Assembly: GCF_018977255.1 (NCBI RefSeq)
Contig: NW_024704742.1
Location: 52,826,001-52,890,000, forward strand
DNA: 64,000 bases
Direction of reading: 5' to 3'
DNA from: Callorhinchus milii
Lineage: Eukaryota
The stretch's first letter is position 1. Every line of letters starts with the position of its first letter. This document shows positions 23,207 through 36,434 of the stretch, piece after piece. A program made the position numbers and the translations under genes. The notes below the pieces were generated by a model. The model worked only from the letters and a program-made list of their open reading frames with translations, was not told the DNA's origin and did no database searches.

Positions 23207-23406
23207 GTACGAAATGTACATAAATTCTGGTAATCAAGTTTTATATTCCTCATCCCATTTTGTTCTGGTTCATCTAGTTGCTGTGGAATCTACATAGTGC
23301 TACCCTGCGTGAAGGGAGCTGTATAAATGCAAGTTGTTTTCAATTAATAGTGTCCAGGTGTGTTTGCGTTCTTATTAATTTTGCTGTAAATTCTTCTTTA
23401 TTGTAG

Positions 23407-23616
23407 CACATCTCTGCCCAAGAAGCATATGAGCATGAGATTTCTTGCATTGCAAAATCCACATCCAAGATGGAAGAAGAGCTACGACAGACCAAGTGTG
23501 AGAATTCCCATATATTAGCAGACCTGTCCTCCGTCAGGGAACTTTGTAGCAAAATGGACTCTAATAAGGACCAGATGTCGAGACAACTTAATTGTAAGAA
23601 TATGGAACTTGAAAGG
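23407..23616 (+). CDS. CEP135: CEP135-family coding exon
   Basis: ttgtag|...AGG|gtaaga; HISAQEAYE...DLSSVRELCSKMDSNKDQMSRQLNCKNMELER. Confidence 0.93.
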
Positions 23617-24217
23617 GTAAGATGAAATAAAGTGATATTTGAAGTATAATTAATATAATTAATATAAAGTGAGATTTTGAGATGCATGCTAACATTTGTC
23701 TGGATCAGAACTGTTGTATATTTAAATAATCGTAGGGTTTTTTTCAGGACTATAATCCTCAAATATGATTTTTGAAACATAAATCCAGATGTCAATATTT
23801 TAGCAATTTTATAGTAATAATAATATAGTGCCTTGTAACAGAGGGTACAGCTTACACTGTAGAGTAAAACTCACATAGGTCTTATTTTTATAAATCGTAT
23901 AATTACCTAAGTGGTACATTCAGCAGAGTCCCATTCAATTTCCTAATAAAACCACCTAGATTTCTTTGCACTGCTCGTATTAATCGCCTTCTAATTCGTA
24001 ACTTCATTCCCCTAACCTCCATTAAATGTTATGGTCCCAATTGCTACGACTAAAGTGAATTTGAGTGTATATAAGGAGTCACATAGAGTGAAAGATACAG
24101 CATGGAATAGGCCATTCGGCCCAACTCGTCTGTGCTGGTTTGGCTCACACAGCCAAACCACTGTTACATTGTGAATCTGTATTATCCTTTTAAACTCTCT
24201 TCCCAAATACTGTTCAG

Positions 24218-24420
24218 GTTTTAAGTGAGCTGGACGATGTGAAGTCAGAAACTGAGCTTCTCAAGAAACAGTTGAGCAGTGAACGGATTACTATAAAGAA
24301 CCTGGAGACACTGTTGTCATCAACTCGAGAAAAGGAGTTTCAGACTCATCTGTCACAACATGAAAAGGAATCCGAAATACAGCTTCTAAAGGACAAGCTG
24401 GCTCTCACTGAGAGCAAAGC
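24218..24420 (+). CDS. CEP135: CEP135-family coding exon
   Basis: gttcag|...GC|gtgagt; KSETELLKKQLSSERITIKNLETLL...EIQLLKDKLALTESK. Confidence 0.94.
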
Positions 24421-25079
24421 GTGAGTGCCCTTTAATAATCGTTAAAATGAAGTTTATTATTTATAATGAATTAAAATCCAGCAGCCTTATAACTGAGACC
24501 ATAGAAATGAGGATAAGATCTGCTGGTGTACGATTTTTAGAAAAAATGTTTGTAAAATTACATTTGAAGACAACGGTAAGTTAAAACAAAATGTATTCAA
24601 ATCAGTTTTGTTGATGCAGATCAAAGGCCTGTAGGATTACATTGTGCATTTTAAATAGTAAGATTAATTTCTTCACCCACTAAATAAGTCTAATGGGATT
24701 TTGTAATAAGGAAAGTTAATGGTGCATCGTGCTGAGTGGAGTTGTAAAATCTGAATGAAAGTCAAAACCACTTGTGTGGAATTCCTGCAAGTCAGCATGA
24801 GAACGTCTGCCTCTTCACATTAAGGATTCCTGTTAGGCATCGTTGCATATTAGATAAGTTGCAGTGTAGCCTTGTATAGCCTTTTGGTTAACTCATCTTT
24901 AAAGAGTCATCACTCAAATTAAAAATATTGTTTCTAAACCTGAGCTAGATAACAGTTCTTCACTTCAGCTCTTAGCTGTGAGAAATCTTTAGTCTTTAGT
25001 TATTTAGTCTTTGAAAGAAAGAGAAACGTGGCACTTTCTCTAGCTGATTATTACCTCATGTGCTGACAGCATTAATCTT

Positions 25080-25840
25080 TGTGGATGCACACGCCACCTA
25101 ATGGAGTCAGTGTGGAACCCTGGTGTCTTGTTGGACTCTCAACTGTCCTTTAAACCTCCTTTTGGCTTCTTTCCATTTTCGCAACATTGCCCGCCTCCAC
25201 CACTACATCTTAGGCTACCAGGACTCACATTCACGCTTGACATGTCCAAGCTTGACTAAGGTAATGGCCTGCTCACTGGACTTTCCAGCTCTCTCCTCGA
25301 TAATTTGCAGACCATCCAGTACTCTGCAGCTCATGTTCTCTCCCAAACTAGACTCCACAAGCCTATCACCCCGATACTCGTCCAGCTCCACTGGCTCCCT
25401 ATTCCTCAGAGGATTCAATTCAAGATCCTTGGCCTCACTTTTAAATCCTTCCATGGTCTTGCCCCATTCTCTGCCTCTGAGACCTTCTTCAACCCTACCA
25501 AACTGCATACTCCCTCCACTCAGCAGGCACTGGCCTCTTCACGTCCCCTTCTGTGCCTGCCCAAGCTCAGTGGTTGGGCTTTCAATCTATCTGCCGCCAA
25601 CTCTCTGGAACTGCATCCTGGAATCCCTTCACCTCGCCCCTTCCCTCATCTTCTTGTAGGTCCATATCGAGACCTTCTTTGACCACACTTTCGGTCATCT
25701 CCCCTCCCCGCTCCCTTCCCCCATCCCACCACTCCCAAATTCAACCTCCAGCTTGGGTGCAAACCCTTGACTGTCCAGTACCTTGCGGCAGTTTCCTGAG
25801 GTGAAAGGAACTATATAAATGCAACTTGCTGTTGTTATTG
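25080..25840 (+). mobile_element. Older L2 LINE 3' fragment
   Basis: LHWLPIPQRIQFKIL remnant; degenerate tail. Confidence 0.8.
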
Positions 25841-26218
25841 CTGTACTATAGTTTACTAGTTTGTGACGTAATGTATCTTCGGAAAGATTTGTCAGAGACA
25901 AAGAAAGATTCCAGGATGGAGTTCCAGAGAGTGGGGGTGGAGGTTGAAAGCCCAAACACTGATGGTAGGGCAGGCAGAACAGGGGACATTAAGCACCTGT
26001 CAGAGAGTACAAGCAGTTCCAGGAAAACGCAGGTTTATTATTCACCTGGGTTATGATCCATCTACGAAGTTAGGATTTCTAGATCCAAAACAGTCCTGCC
26101 TATAGAGTAAGGAGAATCTGCTTTGGTAGGTTGTTGAGGAGAAACGTGATTCATGATTTGTCTGCAAAGTATTGCTGAATATCGTGTTTTTAATCTATAT
26201 TTCCAATAATATTTACAG

Positions 26219-26323
26219 AACAAGCCAGAATCGAGAAATATCTCAGCTTCGTAATAAATTTACACAGGTTCAAAATGAACTTGATGTTCTCAAACGCCAA
26301 CTAACTACAGAACGTTTTGAAAG
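26219..26323 (+). CDS. CEP135: CEP135-family coding exon
   Basis: ttacag|A...AG|gtaagt; TSQNREISQLRNKFTQVQNELDVLKRQLTTERFE. Confidence 0.93.
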
Positions 26324-26653
26324 GTAAGTGAAAACTAAAATTCAGTACATAAAATCTTGTACTCAAAATCTTGTTGAGTTTTGTATACAGCTATTCATGA
26401 TCAGAATGAGCCACAGTATTTTCCTCTACACATTTCACCCTTTGGACTGGTTTAATCAACTTCAGCTATTTCTCAAGGGCTCCTAATAATCTTTTAGTAT
26501 TCCTGAAATCTTGTGCAATTGAGTCTACATAGTTGTAGTAACCTTTCTTTGATTTATCAGATATGCATTGCAAAGTAATGAATGTTTCCGATGTGTACGT
26601 CTATTTGGCAAATGTTTTCTAGAACTAGAATTTGGTTTTATTATTTTCTGCAG

Positions 26654-26798
26654 AGAGCGAGCAATTCAGGAGATGCGTCGCCATGGGCTCTCTACATCTT
26701 TATGTACCTCATCCCCGGTCAGAAGATCATTGAGTCCTCTTTCACGTTCCCAAGATAGCTGCTCCCCTCTCAGAGGAACAGAACGCTGTACTGACTAG
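26654..26798 (+). CDS. CEP135: CEP135-family last coding exon with TAG stop
   Basis: ctgcag|A GAG CGA GCA ATT CAG GAG ATG CGT CGC CAT GGG = ERAIQEMRRHGL; stop at 26796-26798; gtgagt donor at 26810. Confidence 0.92.
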
Positions 26799-27572
26799 TT
26801 CAATGGCGAGTGAGTCTTTTATTATCTTAAATAAAGATTTTAAAGGTGAGATGGTATGTTATCATACCAACTCTTTAAAATGGATGTTGCTCTAGTCTTT
26901 GACATTCTTTTCCACAAATTAGCAATAGAATTTTCCAGATTACCCAGTAGCATTCATTAGTTGCCTCATTCCTATGAAGGAATTATTTTTGATGAAAAAA
27001 CAGTGGTAATGTAGAAAGTTGGCTCTCACTCAGTCACCTTTATGAATACAGTATGCTGAGCTGATCAGTCACCAGCTTTCCTTCACTCTGGTCTTAGGAC
27101 AATAATAATAACATAGTTGAAGACCGTGGCAATCACTAGCTATTGTTCCCATGTCTGCAATTAATATTGGAACAAATATACCTGAAATGGAGGAAAGAAA
27201 ATACTTCTAGTATATAGAAAGCCATAAACTCCAGCCTAAGAAAAAGCTAAGAAACAAGGGAGTCTTTGAACTTGTGCAGAATGCCCGCCAAGTGATTGTC
27301 TACATGAATGAATGTAATTACAACACGTTGGAGGAAAGCATGATTCAGTAGACATGATGTTGGCCCATCATGATGGGAATCACATAATGTGCTATCAAAT
27401 GTCCAAAGAAAAGTATTCATTAAAATAAAATAAACTACCTATAGGGTTGGTAAAACCACATTTTGCGCTATGAGCAGTATTGATAAGACACATTGAAACA
27501 AACCTGCTGTGAAGTACAATTTGTAATTGGTTGATATTTGAAAAACACAATTTTTTTTCTTCCCATTTTTAG

Positions 27573-29340
27573 AAGTTTACTTTGAGTAGGCTTCACTCAA
27601 GTCATGAGCATGCCTTACAAAACGGAGCCACAGGTCTCAACAAAAGTGAGTTTTGGAAGTCAGGTGCTGAAACGTTTCCATCAGCATTAGTCTATCATCA
27701 GCCTTTCTGGAATTCTGACATGAAGGAAACTCATGGCCAAGAGAAGATTGTTTATTACATTCTAGTCATATAGTGCTTGATTTTCAGCACGTTCATATCT
27801 GCTCTACACTGTTGTCGGTTTGTTACTTTAACATTTTAGTTTTATTAAAAAAAAACAGCTTTTTTTCCCCATTTATTCTGAGCATCTAGCATGTACTTAG
27901 CACAGTACAGAACATTGTCTCGTCTTATCAAAAATAGATCTAGGTCGGTCAATCAATTCTTCCCAGAATGTGTTGCACAGAACAGATCAATAGCAAATTT
28001 GCATTAATATTCAGATCAAAAATCCTGGTGACTGTATGCAGAGCTACAATTAGAAACAATTATTAATAGTTGATTTTGTGCTAGATTTTCATATAACCTT
28101 TATTGATCGTATAATTCCATGAATTTCACTGGATCAAATATATTGACTTGATGACAAGTAAACCAGAAAACAACACAACTTTTAAAATTGATCAGCTCAC
28201 GTCAAGCAGTTGATAATATGAAATAAGTACAGCTCTTTAACCATGTGCATTAAAATTTGCTTTTAAAATTCTACAATCTGAGAAAAGTGATGTGATAAAT
28301 CTTTATCATATCCTAATCAATTATTTGTTTCACAAGTAATTTGATAAACAGATGTGAACAAAAATGGAGCATTGACATTCTTGTGTTATCTGATGCAATG
28401 CCCAGATAATGCTACAAATCTTGTGTACTGTATTGTCAGTGTTTGTGAAGAAATTATTTTTCAAACGCTGCGGCCACTAAAATTATTTTTGTACTGAATT
28501 AGGTTTTCACTCTTAAGTTATTTATTGATATGTTTGTTCTCAGTTAGTATAACAGAAATATTTTTGCTACCAGTTCCAACTGTTTAAAGATGAGTGGTGA
28601 CAGTGGTGGGTTATTAAACCACAAAGTGTTCTTTAAACATTAATGACCCAGTCATTAACCACGTTTCAGCATCTTGGCATTTTCCTCAAGTGGTATTTGT
28701 ATTGAAAATAAACTTCTGAATGTATTTAATGACTGCAAAGGAGGTCCCTGGGATGGATCTAGTGAATGATTTCAACATAAATTATTGAGGAATGTATATT
28801 AATTGCTTGCAGAACAATCTATAGATAATTTCCAAAAGGTGATGTTAAATTGTTGATCAGGTCTATGTGGCTAATCATTCCTTTAACCATAGAAAAGCCA
28901 GTGCAATAGCATATTTCAAAACAAGTCACTGATACTAACTTTCATATATTAAACTTGATCTTATTTTCCCATTATTGCCAAATTTCATATTTCATGGCTC
29001 AATTTCTACTGCTCAGTAGGGTGTCTCAACTTCCGCACACCTGTCTCATCTTGTATTTATTAAGTGAAATTTGTGATGATGAGGCAAAAAAAATATAAAA
29101 TAATGCTTTTTTTTCTTGCTGTATGAGTCAAAGTTTTGGTATTACCATATTTTCTGGCACAATCAATATCTTTGGTGTTTGCTTTGTTACTAAACGTAAT
29201 TTCATATTATAAATGTTTACGATTTTGTTTTTTAATACTGTGTGCATATTATTTTTTTAAGTTTACTTTGCTGTTTGTAGTAACTTATCAAACATTTATT
29301 TATAAGAAATGTAATAAAACTGAGAAATTCTTGTATTCCT
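27573..29340 (+). other. CEP135: Putative non-coding terminal exon (3' UTR) of CEP135
   Basis: Strong polypyrimidine acceptor ttttttttcttcccatttttag ending at 27572; AT-rich, repeat-poor stretch; AATAAA near 28707 and 29313; end coordinate approximate. Confidence 0.5.
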
Positions 29341-30491
29341 TCGGGAAATCTGGACTGAATTTATTTCTACTAAACATTAATACTTTATAGAAAAATAATG
29401 ATTGTGTCTTTCACTTATGCTTGTATTTGTTATCCTAATTTTTCTATTCATTCTTGGCTTTTGTACACATGATGCTCATACACATGCTGCTCAAATCATT
29501 TCCATGTGTGCCAAAAAGAACTTTTCAATGGAACGATGATATGTGCTTGTATCCAATTTTGTAACTTGATAACCTTTAAATCCAAACATCTATGCAGCAT
29601 TTGACCAATTTCAAGTTTATAGGACCTGAATAGGGTTCAAGTCTTCAAAGCAAAAATTCCACTGACATCTTGCCCAATTGTCTCTGATCTATAGTGTGTT
29701 TTGAGAATAGTCAAAAAGTAAAATATCTACAGATAAGACTATGTTCTGAAGTTCATTTCTCACCGCAATTGTTAAAATGTCTGGCAAAAAAATCAGTTAG
29801 CTTTTTTAAACTAAGTGTGGTTAAGTAGTCTGATTTTTTTGATGGTTTTGTGTCAAAATAAACCAACCATAAGGTACAGTTATGAGATTAGATTTGTATA
29901 AAACAGCTGACCTGAGAGCTGGCAAGGACATATTTCACTATTACGTTGTTAGTTGCCCTAGTGAGTTATGTTTAGTAAAACAGTAATTAATGCTGCAGTA
30001 AAAAGTGCCACTGTAAAAATAGTTGTTACTATGGGTGACTGTTGTACTGCCTAGACGTCAAACCAAACACCCAGCTGTTTCAATGGGACTCTTCACAAAT
30101 TTAGTTTTGCAGTAAAAGTGAATTGCTGTAGTCCAGAAATATAAAGCTTGACCTGATAAGAAGTTTGAGGATTAAGTCTAAAAAGATTTGGTCCCTGACC
30201 TACATGATCCAAACAGACCAGGTATGTTTGTTTCAAGAAAGAAGCAACAATTACATTTTCTTGAGTATATTGAAGCCAAACTTTATAGTATTTGGTTGTT
30301 ACAAATACATCCCAGTACGTTATGCTGTGAAACGAAACAAATCACCATTAAAATCCCAGTTTGTATAATAATCCTTTCATTTAATGTAGCACCTTATTGT
30401 TGAGCTGTCTCAAAGAGCTTCACAAGATTTTACTTTCAAGTATTGACTATTTGTAGGTGAATGCGGCAGCCAATCAGTCTCCTACAATTAA

Positions 30492-31845
30492 CAGCAACAA
30501 CAACAACAAGATTCCATTTATAGAGCGCCTTTCACGTCGGGAGGACGTCCCAAAGCGCTGTACAGTTGGGTCAGGACCCGAGCAGGGGGGAAATGGTGAG
30601 GGGAGGGAGCGAGGAGGGGGTAGAGAGTCGAGAGGGGAGCTGAAGGTACGGTCAAAGAGAAAGGTCTTGAGACCGGCCTTGAAGGAGGAAAGGGAGGAGG
30701 CGGCGAAGGCACTGGGGATAGAGTTCCAGAGCCTCGGGGCTGAGAGGCTGAAGGCCCGGCCACCGATGGTAGGGCGGTTGGGGCGGGGGATGTGGAGCAG
30801 ACTGGAGCCAGAGGAACGGAGGGTACGGGCAGGTAGGTAGGTAGGTAGGTCAGAGAGGTAGGAGGCAGCGAGGCCGTGAATGGCCTTGTAGGTGAGGATG
30901 AGGATCTTGAAATCAATCCTCTGGGGGATGGGGAGCCAGTGGAGGCGAGCGAGGGTGGGAGTGATGTGGTCCCGAAGCCTGGTGCGGGACAGTACACGAG
31001 CTGCAGAGTTCTGAATGACCTGCAGCTTGTGGAGGGAGGTGGCGGGAAGGCCGGCGAGGAGAGAGTTCCCATAGTCCAGCCTTGAGGTGATAAAGGCGTG
31101 AACCAGGGTTTCAGCAGCGTGAGGGGTGAGGTAGTGCCGTAGTCTGGCGATGTTCCGGAGGTGATGGAAGGCGGTGCCAGTTGTGGCGCAGATATGGGGG
31201 AGAAAGGACAGCTCAGGGTCGAACAGAACCCCGAGGTTCCTGACGGCTTTGAGAGGTGGAGAGTGCAGCCTTGGATGCTGATGGTGTCAGCGCCTGAGGT
31301 GCGGAGGCGCTGACACGAGCCAATCAGGAGGGCCTCAGTTTTGCGCACGTTGAGCTGAAGAAAGTTGTCTGTCGTCCAGGACTCGATGTCGGACAGGCAG
31401 CTGTCAGGACATCGGTGGTCGTGGAGTTGAGGGTAGAGGAGGAAAGGTAGAGTTGGGTGTCATCCGCATACATGTGGAAGTTACCCCATGTCTGCGGATG
31501 ATGTCACCAAGGGGGAGCATATAGAGGGTGAAGAGGAGGGGACCGAGGACAGAGCCTTGAGGGACACCACATGAGACAGTGCGGGGGCCGGAGGAAAAAA
31601 CATTTGTGGAGACAAAGTGAAGACGGTGGGAGAGGTACAACCTAAACCACTCAAGGACAGGACCTTGAAGGTTTAGGTGGGAGGATAAGCGGTGGAGGAG
31701 GATAGCGTGGTCGACCGTATCGAATGCTGCCGATAGGTTGAGGAGGAAGAGAAGGCAGAGGGAGCCCTGGTCACAGATGGTCAGGATGTCATTGGTGACC
31801 TTGACCAGGGCAGTTTCTGTGCTATGGGCAGCACGGAAACCTGAA
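30492..31845 (-). mobile_element. Young 5'-truncated L2-clade LINE (RT C-terminal part, 3' UTR, (TTG)n tail)
   Basis: GVPQGSVLGPLLFTLYMLPLG RT motif; frameshifted YADD region; 3' stem-loop and (TTG)n tail at about 30492-30560. Confidence 0.92.
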
Positions 31846-33444
31846 ACAGTGAATGACCAATTTCATGTGGGGGATTGTTGGCCATAATTTCGGCAGAAAC
31901 TCCTCTTTTTGAAAAGTACCATGGGAATTTTATCAGTACCTGAACAGGCAGAGTGGGCCATTGGTTGACCTTGGTCTCATTCCAAAGGAAGGCGCCTCTG
32001 ACAGTGCAGTATGTCCCCAGGACTACATTGTCAATCTACCCACATGCCTCAGAGGCAAGAGTGTTAACAACTGAGTGAGACTACTCCCTAATAATAATTA
32101 TATGAATTCTCGAATATTTGATTATCACTGGATACAAAACTGCTCAAATAAAATACATTTCAACAGATATAAAATATTGGACTACCAGTTGTACTTGAGT
32201 TCTTATTATAAACCACTGGATACTGCCCATGGTACTTAAATTGTCAAATGCCTGTTCATCCTACCAAAGCTGCATTTCAAAAATATGATCTGAATGGCTT
32301 TTGGATAAGGAAGAAAAGCAGTGAAGGCTGGAATGCCTAATGATAGCATATTTACTGGCTTTAAACTAAATGTAAGTCATATTTTATGGTGGAGTGGGTT
32401 ACAAGTTGTCCTGAGTGTGTCACCTTTGATCCATAGTTCCATAATTTGCAGCAACATAGAGGATGCGTGGGGAAGGGGAAAGCTTCAGTACCATACATAT
32501 GTGAACCAGTTTTTGGGAAGGCCAATAATGAAATCATGTTATCATATGTTCACAGCGTCTGAGGAAAATGTATGGAAGGAACTCAATGTTGCATTTGGTT
32601 TGAAGTGAAGAGTTTTTTCCCTTCATTATTGACATCTTGAGATACTGCAGAAGTGATGCTTTTGGTTATGGATGCAGTGTAGCACTTTTGTGGTAAGATT
32701 CAGGTTTAAGGAATTTCCCTTGGGATTTCTTATTTAACTTAAGTGTACAAGTAGCGTCACAAGGGGAAGATTGACAAATTGATTATTTTTACCTTGCTTA
32801 CCTCAAATATATTAAAGTTAATTCCAATTTTTAAGTCAAAGAATTTAGTTATTGAATTTGAAAATATTTGATGCAACACTAGCTAGATTACAAGTGATGA
32901 TACTGTTTTGGCTTTAGATCATAAGAAGCTGTGCAAGAATGGAAAAAAATGTTACTGCGGCTGATGCACTGCGCCTTAGCTACTTCCAGATGTTCTCTTC
33001 CAACTTAAACCAAACAAGTAAATGTTCCTTAGAACTTTTATTTGGAAAATCAAACTTTTAACTGTTTTAGGTACTTAGCTAAACTGTTCAAACAAATTTG
33101 GAGGGAATTGGCCAAATTACTAATTTGCTGGAGTAATTGCTAAAATAAATCTTTTGACTATTGAGTAAACCGGGTTGCAAATTACTTTTAACAGAAAAAA
33201 AATCTGATTTGTCATATTCAAACTTCTGAGATGCAGTAAACTGAGCACCTCTGCACGTGATGCTTGAGTATCCAAACCAAGCTGAGATTTCCATGCAGAG
33301 GTAGATTGTTGGAATGGAAAGCGTATTCTCCAGTGACTGGTTGCCCTTCCAGATCCAGCCAGTGAGGCCGTGCTGTCATCAGAGGTGCCCTGGAGTACTG
33401 TGGACCAGCTTAGCTCGTACCGGACTACTTAGTGCATTACTTAT

Positions 33445-35240
33445 TACTTATCGCCCATCCTCACCCCAAATGCCAACTGCGAGGTGACGCTGGACTTCCT
33501 TGATTCCAAAATTGAGGGGATCCGCTCAGCTGTCTTTGCCATTCCATCTGCTACACCCTCCCCATCTCCCACTCATACCCCGAGCCCTACCCATCCCTCC
33601 CTCCACACCTTCGAACCCGTCTCTCCCTCCTCTCTCACAACAACAACAACAACAAGATTGCATTTATAGAGTGCCTTTCACGTCGGGAGGACGTCCCAAG
33701 GCGCTGGACAGTTGGGTCGGGACCCGAGCAGGGGGGAAATGGTCAGGGTGAGGGAAGGGAGGGAGCGAGGAGGGGCTGGAGTCGAGAGGGGAACTGAAGG
33801 CTCGGTCAAAGAGTACCACCACTATAAACCGCATGAAACCGACCACCTGCTCCCTCAACCCCATCCCTACCCCTCTCCTTACCTCCCAGCTCCACCTCCT
33901 TGCCCCTCTGCTCACAGACATCATAAACCTCTTCTTGTCCACTGGAACTGTTCCCACCCCATTAAAAACCACCTTCATCACTCCTATCCTGGATCCATCT
34001 CTACTCTCCAACTACCGCCCCATCCAACCTCCCTTTCCTCTCCAAGGTCCTGGAATGAGTTGTTGCTTCCCAGCTTTGCTCCTTTTTTAATTTTTTAATT
34101 TTTAATCCTTGCATTTGATATAGCGCGTTTCACGTCGGGAGGATGTCCCAAAGCGCTTCACGGAACACACTGTAAAGTGAATTGACTGTATATTTGTGGG
34201 CAAACGCGGCAGCCAATTGCGCACAGCAATGTCCCACAAACAGTCGTAGATTGAAAATGACCAATTTATTATTGTTTTTGGTTTTGGAGGGATTATTATT
34301 AGGTGTGTGGAGTAAGGAAACTTGCCCAAGGTTTTGCCCTGCCCGGAATTGAACTCAGGTCTCTCACTTGTAAAGCGAGTGCTCTAACCACTGAGCTACA
34401 GGACTCCTTCTTCTCCCACCACTCCCTTCACAAACCCCTCCAATTGAGTTTCCGTGCCGCCCACAGCACAGAAACTGGTCAACATGTCAAATGACATTCA
34501 GGGCTCCTTCTGCCTCCTTGACTTCTCTGCTGCCTTCGACACTGTCGACCACTCTACCCTCATCCACCGCCTCTCCTCTCACTTCAACCTTCACGGCTCT
34601 GTCCTTGACTGGTTCAGATCGTAATTCTCACACCGTCTGCACTTCATTTCCACAAACGTTTCTCCTCTAGGCCCGCTCCATCTCGTGTGGCATTCCTCAG
34701 GGCTCTGTCCTTGATCCCCTCTTCAATATCTATATACTCCCTCCTGCACCAGGCTCCATGACCCTATCATCCCCATCCTCGCCTGACTCCATTGGCTTCC
34801 CATCACACAGAGGATACAGTTCAAGATCCTGGTATTCACCTTCAAAGCCCTCCATGGTCTTGGTCCTCCTTACCCCTGCGACCTCCTAAACCCCTACCAT
34901 CCTGCCCACTATCTTCGCTGAGCGGGCTCCGGCCTGCTTCATGTCCCCCAGCCTCGCCCGCCCAACCATTGGTGGGCAGGCCTTCTGCCACTCTGCGCCC
35001 ACCCTCTGGAATTTCATCCCGCTGTCCCTCCACCTCGCCCCCTCCTTTGCCTCCTTCAAGACCCATCTCAAGACCCTCCTCTTCGACATGCTTTCAATCA
35101 CCCTGCTTCCCCCCACCCCAGCCCTCCACCCTCCCCGATCCCGACCCCCATCTAGGGTCTGAAACTCTGACTGTCCAGCGTCTTGGGACATCCTCATAAC
35201 GTGAAAGCCGCTATACAAATGTAATTTTGTTGTTGTTACT
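33445..35240 (+). mobile_element. Internally deleted L2 LINE with nested L2 tail (about 33637-33812, -) and SINE (34103-34407, -)
   Basis: [21 protein letters not shown] and [10 protein letters not shown]-region remnants in order, interrupted by younger insertions. Confidence 0.8.
34103..34407 (-). mobile_element. Full-length tRNA-derived SINE nested in L2
   Basis: Reverse complement of the family sequence. Confidence 0.9.
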
Positions 35241-35909
35241 GCAAGGAGTGAGTGTGCATTCCTGTCACAAGTAAATATCATGTGCAATTTCAATTCTGGT
35301 TTGGCTACTTAAGCATGGTTAAGTGTTTCCCACATGTGTCAGACCACCCCCCACCAACCCCGACAATATATTTATGTATAATATAAATAGTCCAAGGTCA
35401 GTCTGAAATCTGCACTCAGACTTTGAAAAACTGTCTCACGAACTAGTGGGGAAAGAAAATAGACATCAAAATCATGCTAGTCCATCAGAGCAAAGCATGG
35501 TGCTGGGCTTCACCGACTAAGTCTGGGAACATTTTGAATGTGTAAACAAAAGTCATTGTTTATAATTATAGAAGCAGCAGAAATGTTAACAATTTCAAGG
35601 GCTATCAGGCTGGTGCGTGATGCAGTTGGACTGGAGAGTACGGGAGGCAATGGGATTTAGATTTGTGGTACCAGGTAGATGGAACTACAATGGTCTTTTC
35701 CAGCCTAATGTTCCTATGTTTATATTATAATAGTATTTGTTCATTTGGGAATCATGTCAGTCCATTTCCTAAAAATGAGATCATGCTTCCTTCTAGGAAA
35801 TTCAATCTTAAAATAGATGTGATAAACAACAACAACAACATTTGTATAGCGCCTTTCATGTAGAGAAGACGTCCCAAGATAAACAAGATTGTATAGTACA
35901 TCTCTTCTG

Positions 35910-36228
35910 AGTCCTGTAGCTCAGTGGTTAGAGCACTCGCTTTGCAAGTGAGAGACCTGAGTTCAATTCCAGGCAGGGCGAAACCTTGGGCAAGTTTCCT
36001 TACTCCACACGCCTAATAATAATCCCTCCAAAAACAAAAACAATAATAAATTGGTCATTTTCAATTCATATGACTGTTTGTGGGACATTCCTGTGCGCAA
36101 TTGGCTGCCGCATTCGCCCACAAATATACAGTCAATTCACTTTACAGTGTGTTCTGTGAAGCGCTTTGGACGTCCTCCCGACGTGAAAAGCGCTATATCA
36201 AATGCAAGGATTATTATTATTATTATTA
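35910..36228 (+). mobile_element. Full-length tRNA-derived SINE
   Basis: Near-identical to 17136-17457 and 48033-48361. Confidence 0.9.
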
Positions 36229-36428
36229 CCAGCAAGTAGAACCAAACCCACTGTGATATCAACCGATCGTTAGCACACCCAGATCATTTAAGCAATTAAG
36301 ACATATTTAGGCAGTTAAATCAAATACTTGAGTTTAACAACAGCTTAACATAATGTATATAATTACATACATCAGTCATTATCAACAAAAAATAAACTGA
36401 ATAACGAATGTATTAAAAGTAGTAATGG

Positions 36429-36434
36429 TTTATT
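36429..36434 (-). other. CHST14: Candidate CHST14 polyadenylation signal
   Basis: AATAAA on - strand about 860 nt after the stop, followed by a U/GU-rich tract. Confidence 0.4.

Noticed and set aside
30518..31640. Intact reverse-transcriptase gene
   Set aside because: 5'-truncated, lacks the endonuclease domain and is frameshifted around the YADD motif
35910..35985. tRNA-Ala/Val-like genes at SINE heads (also 17136, 18449, 48033)
   Set aside because: Each continues into SINE body and tail with no proper acceptor stem or terminator; these are SINE heads, not tRNAs
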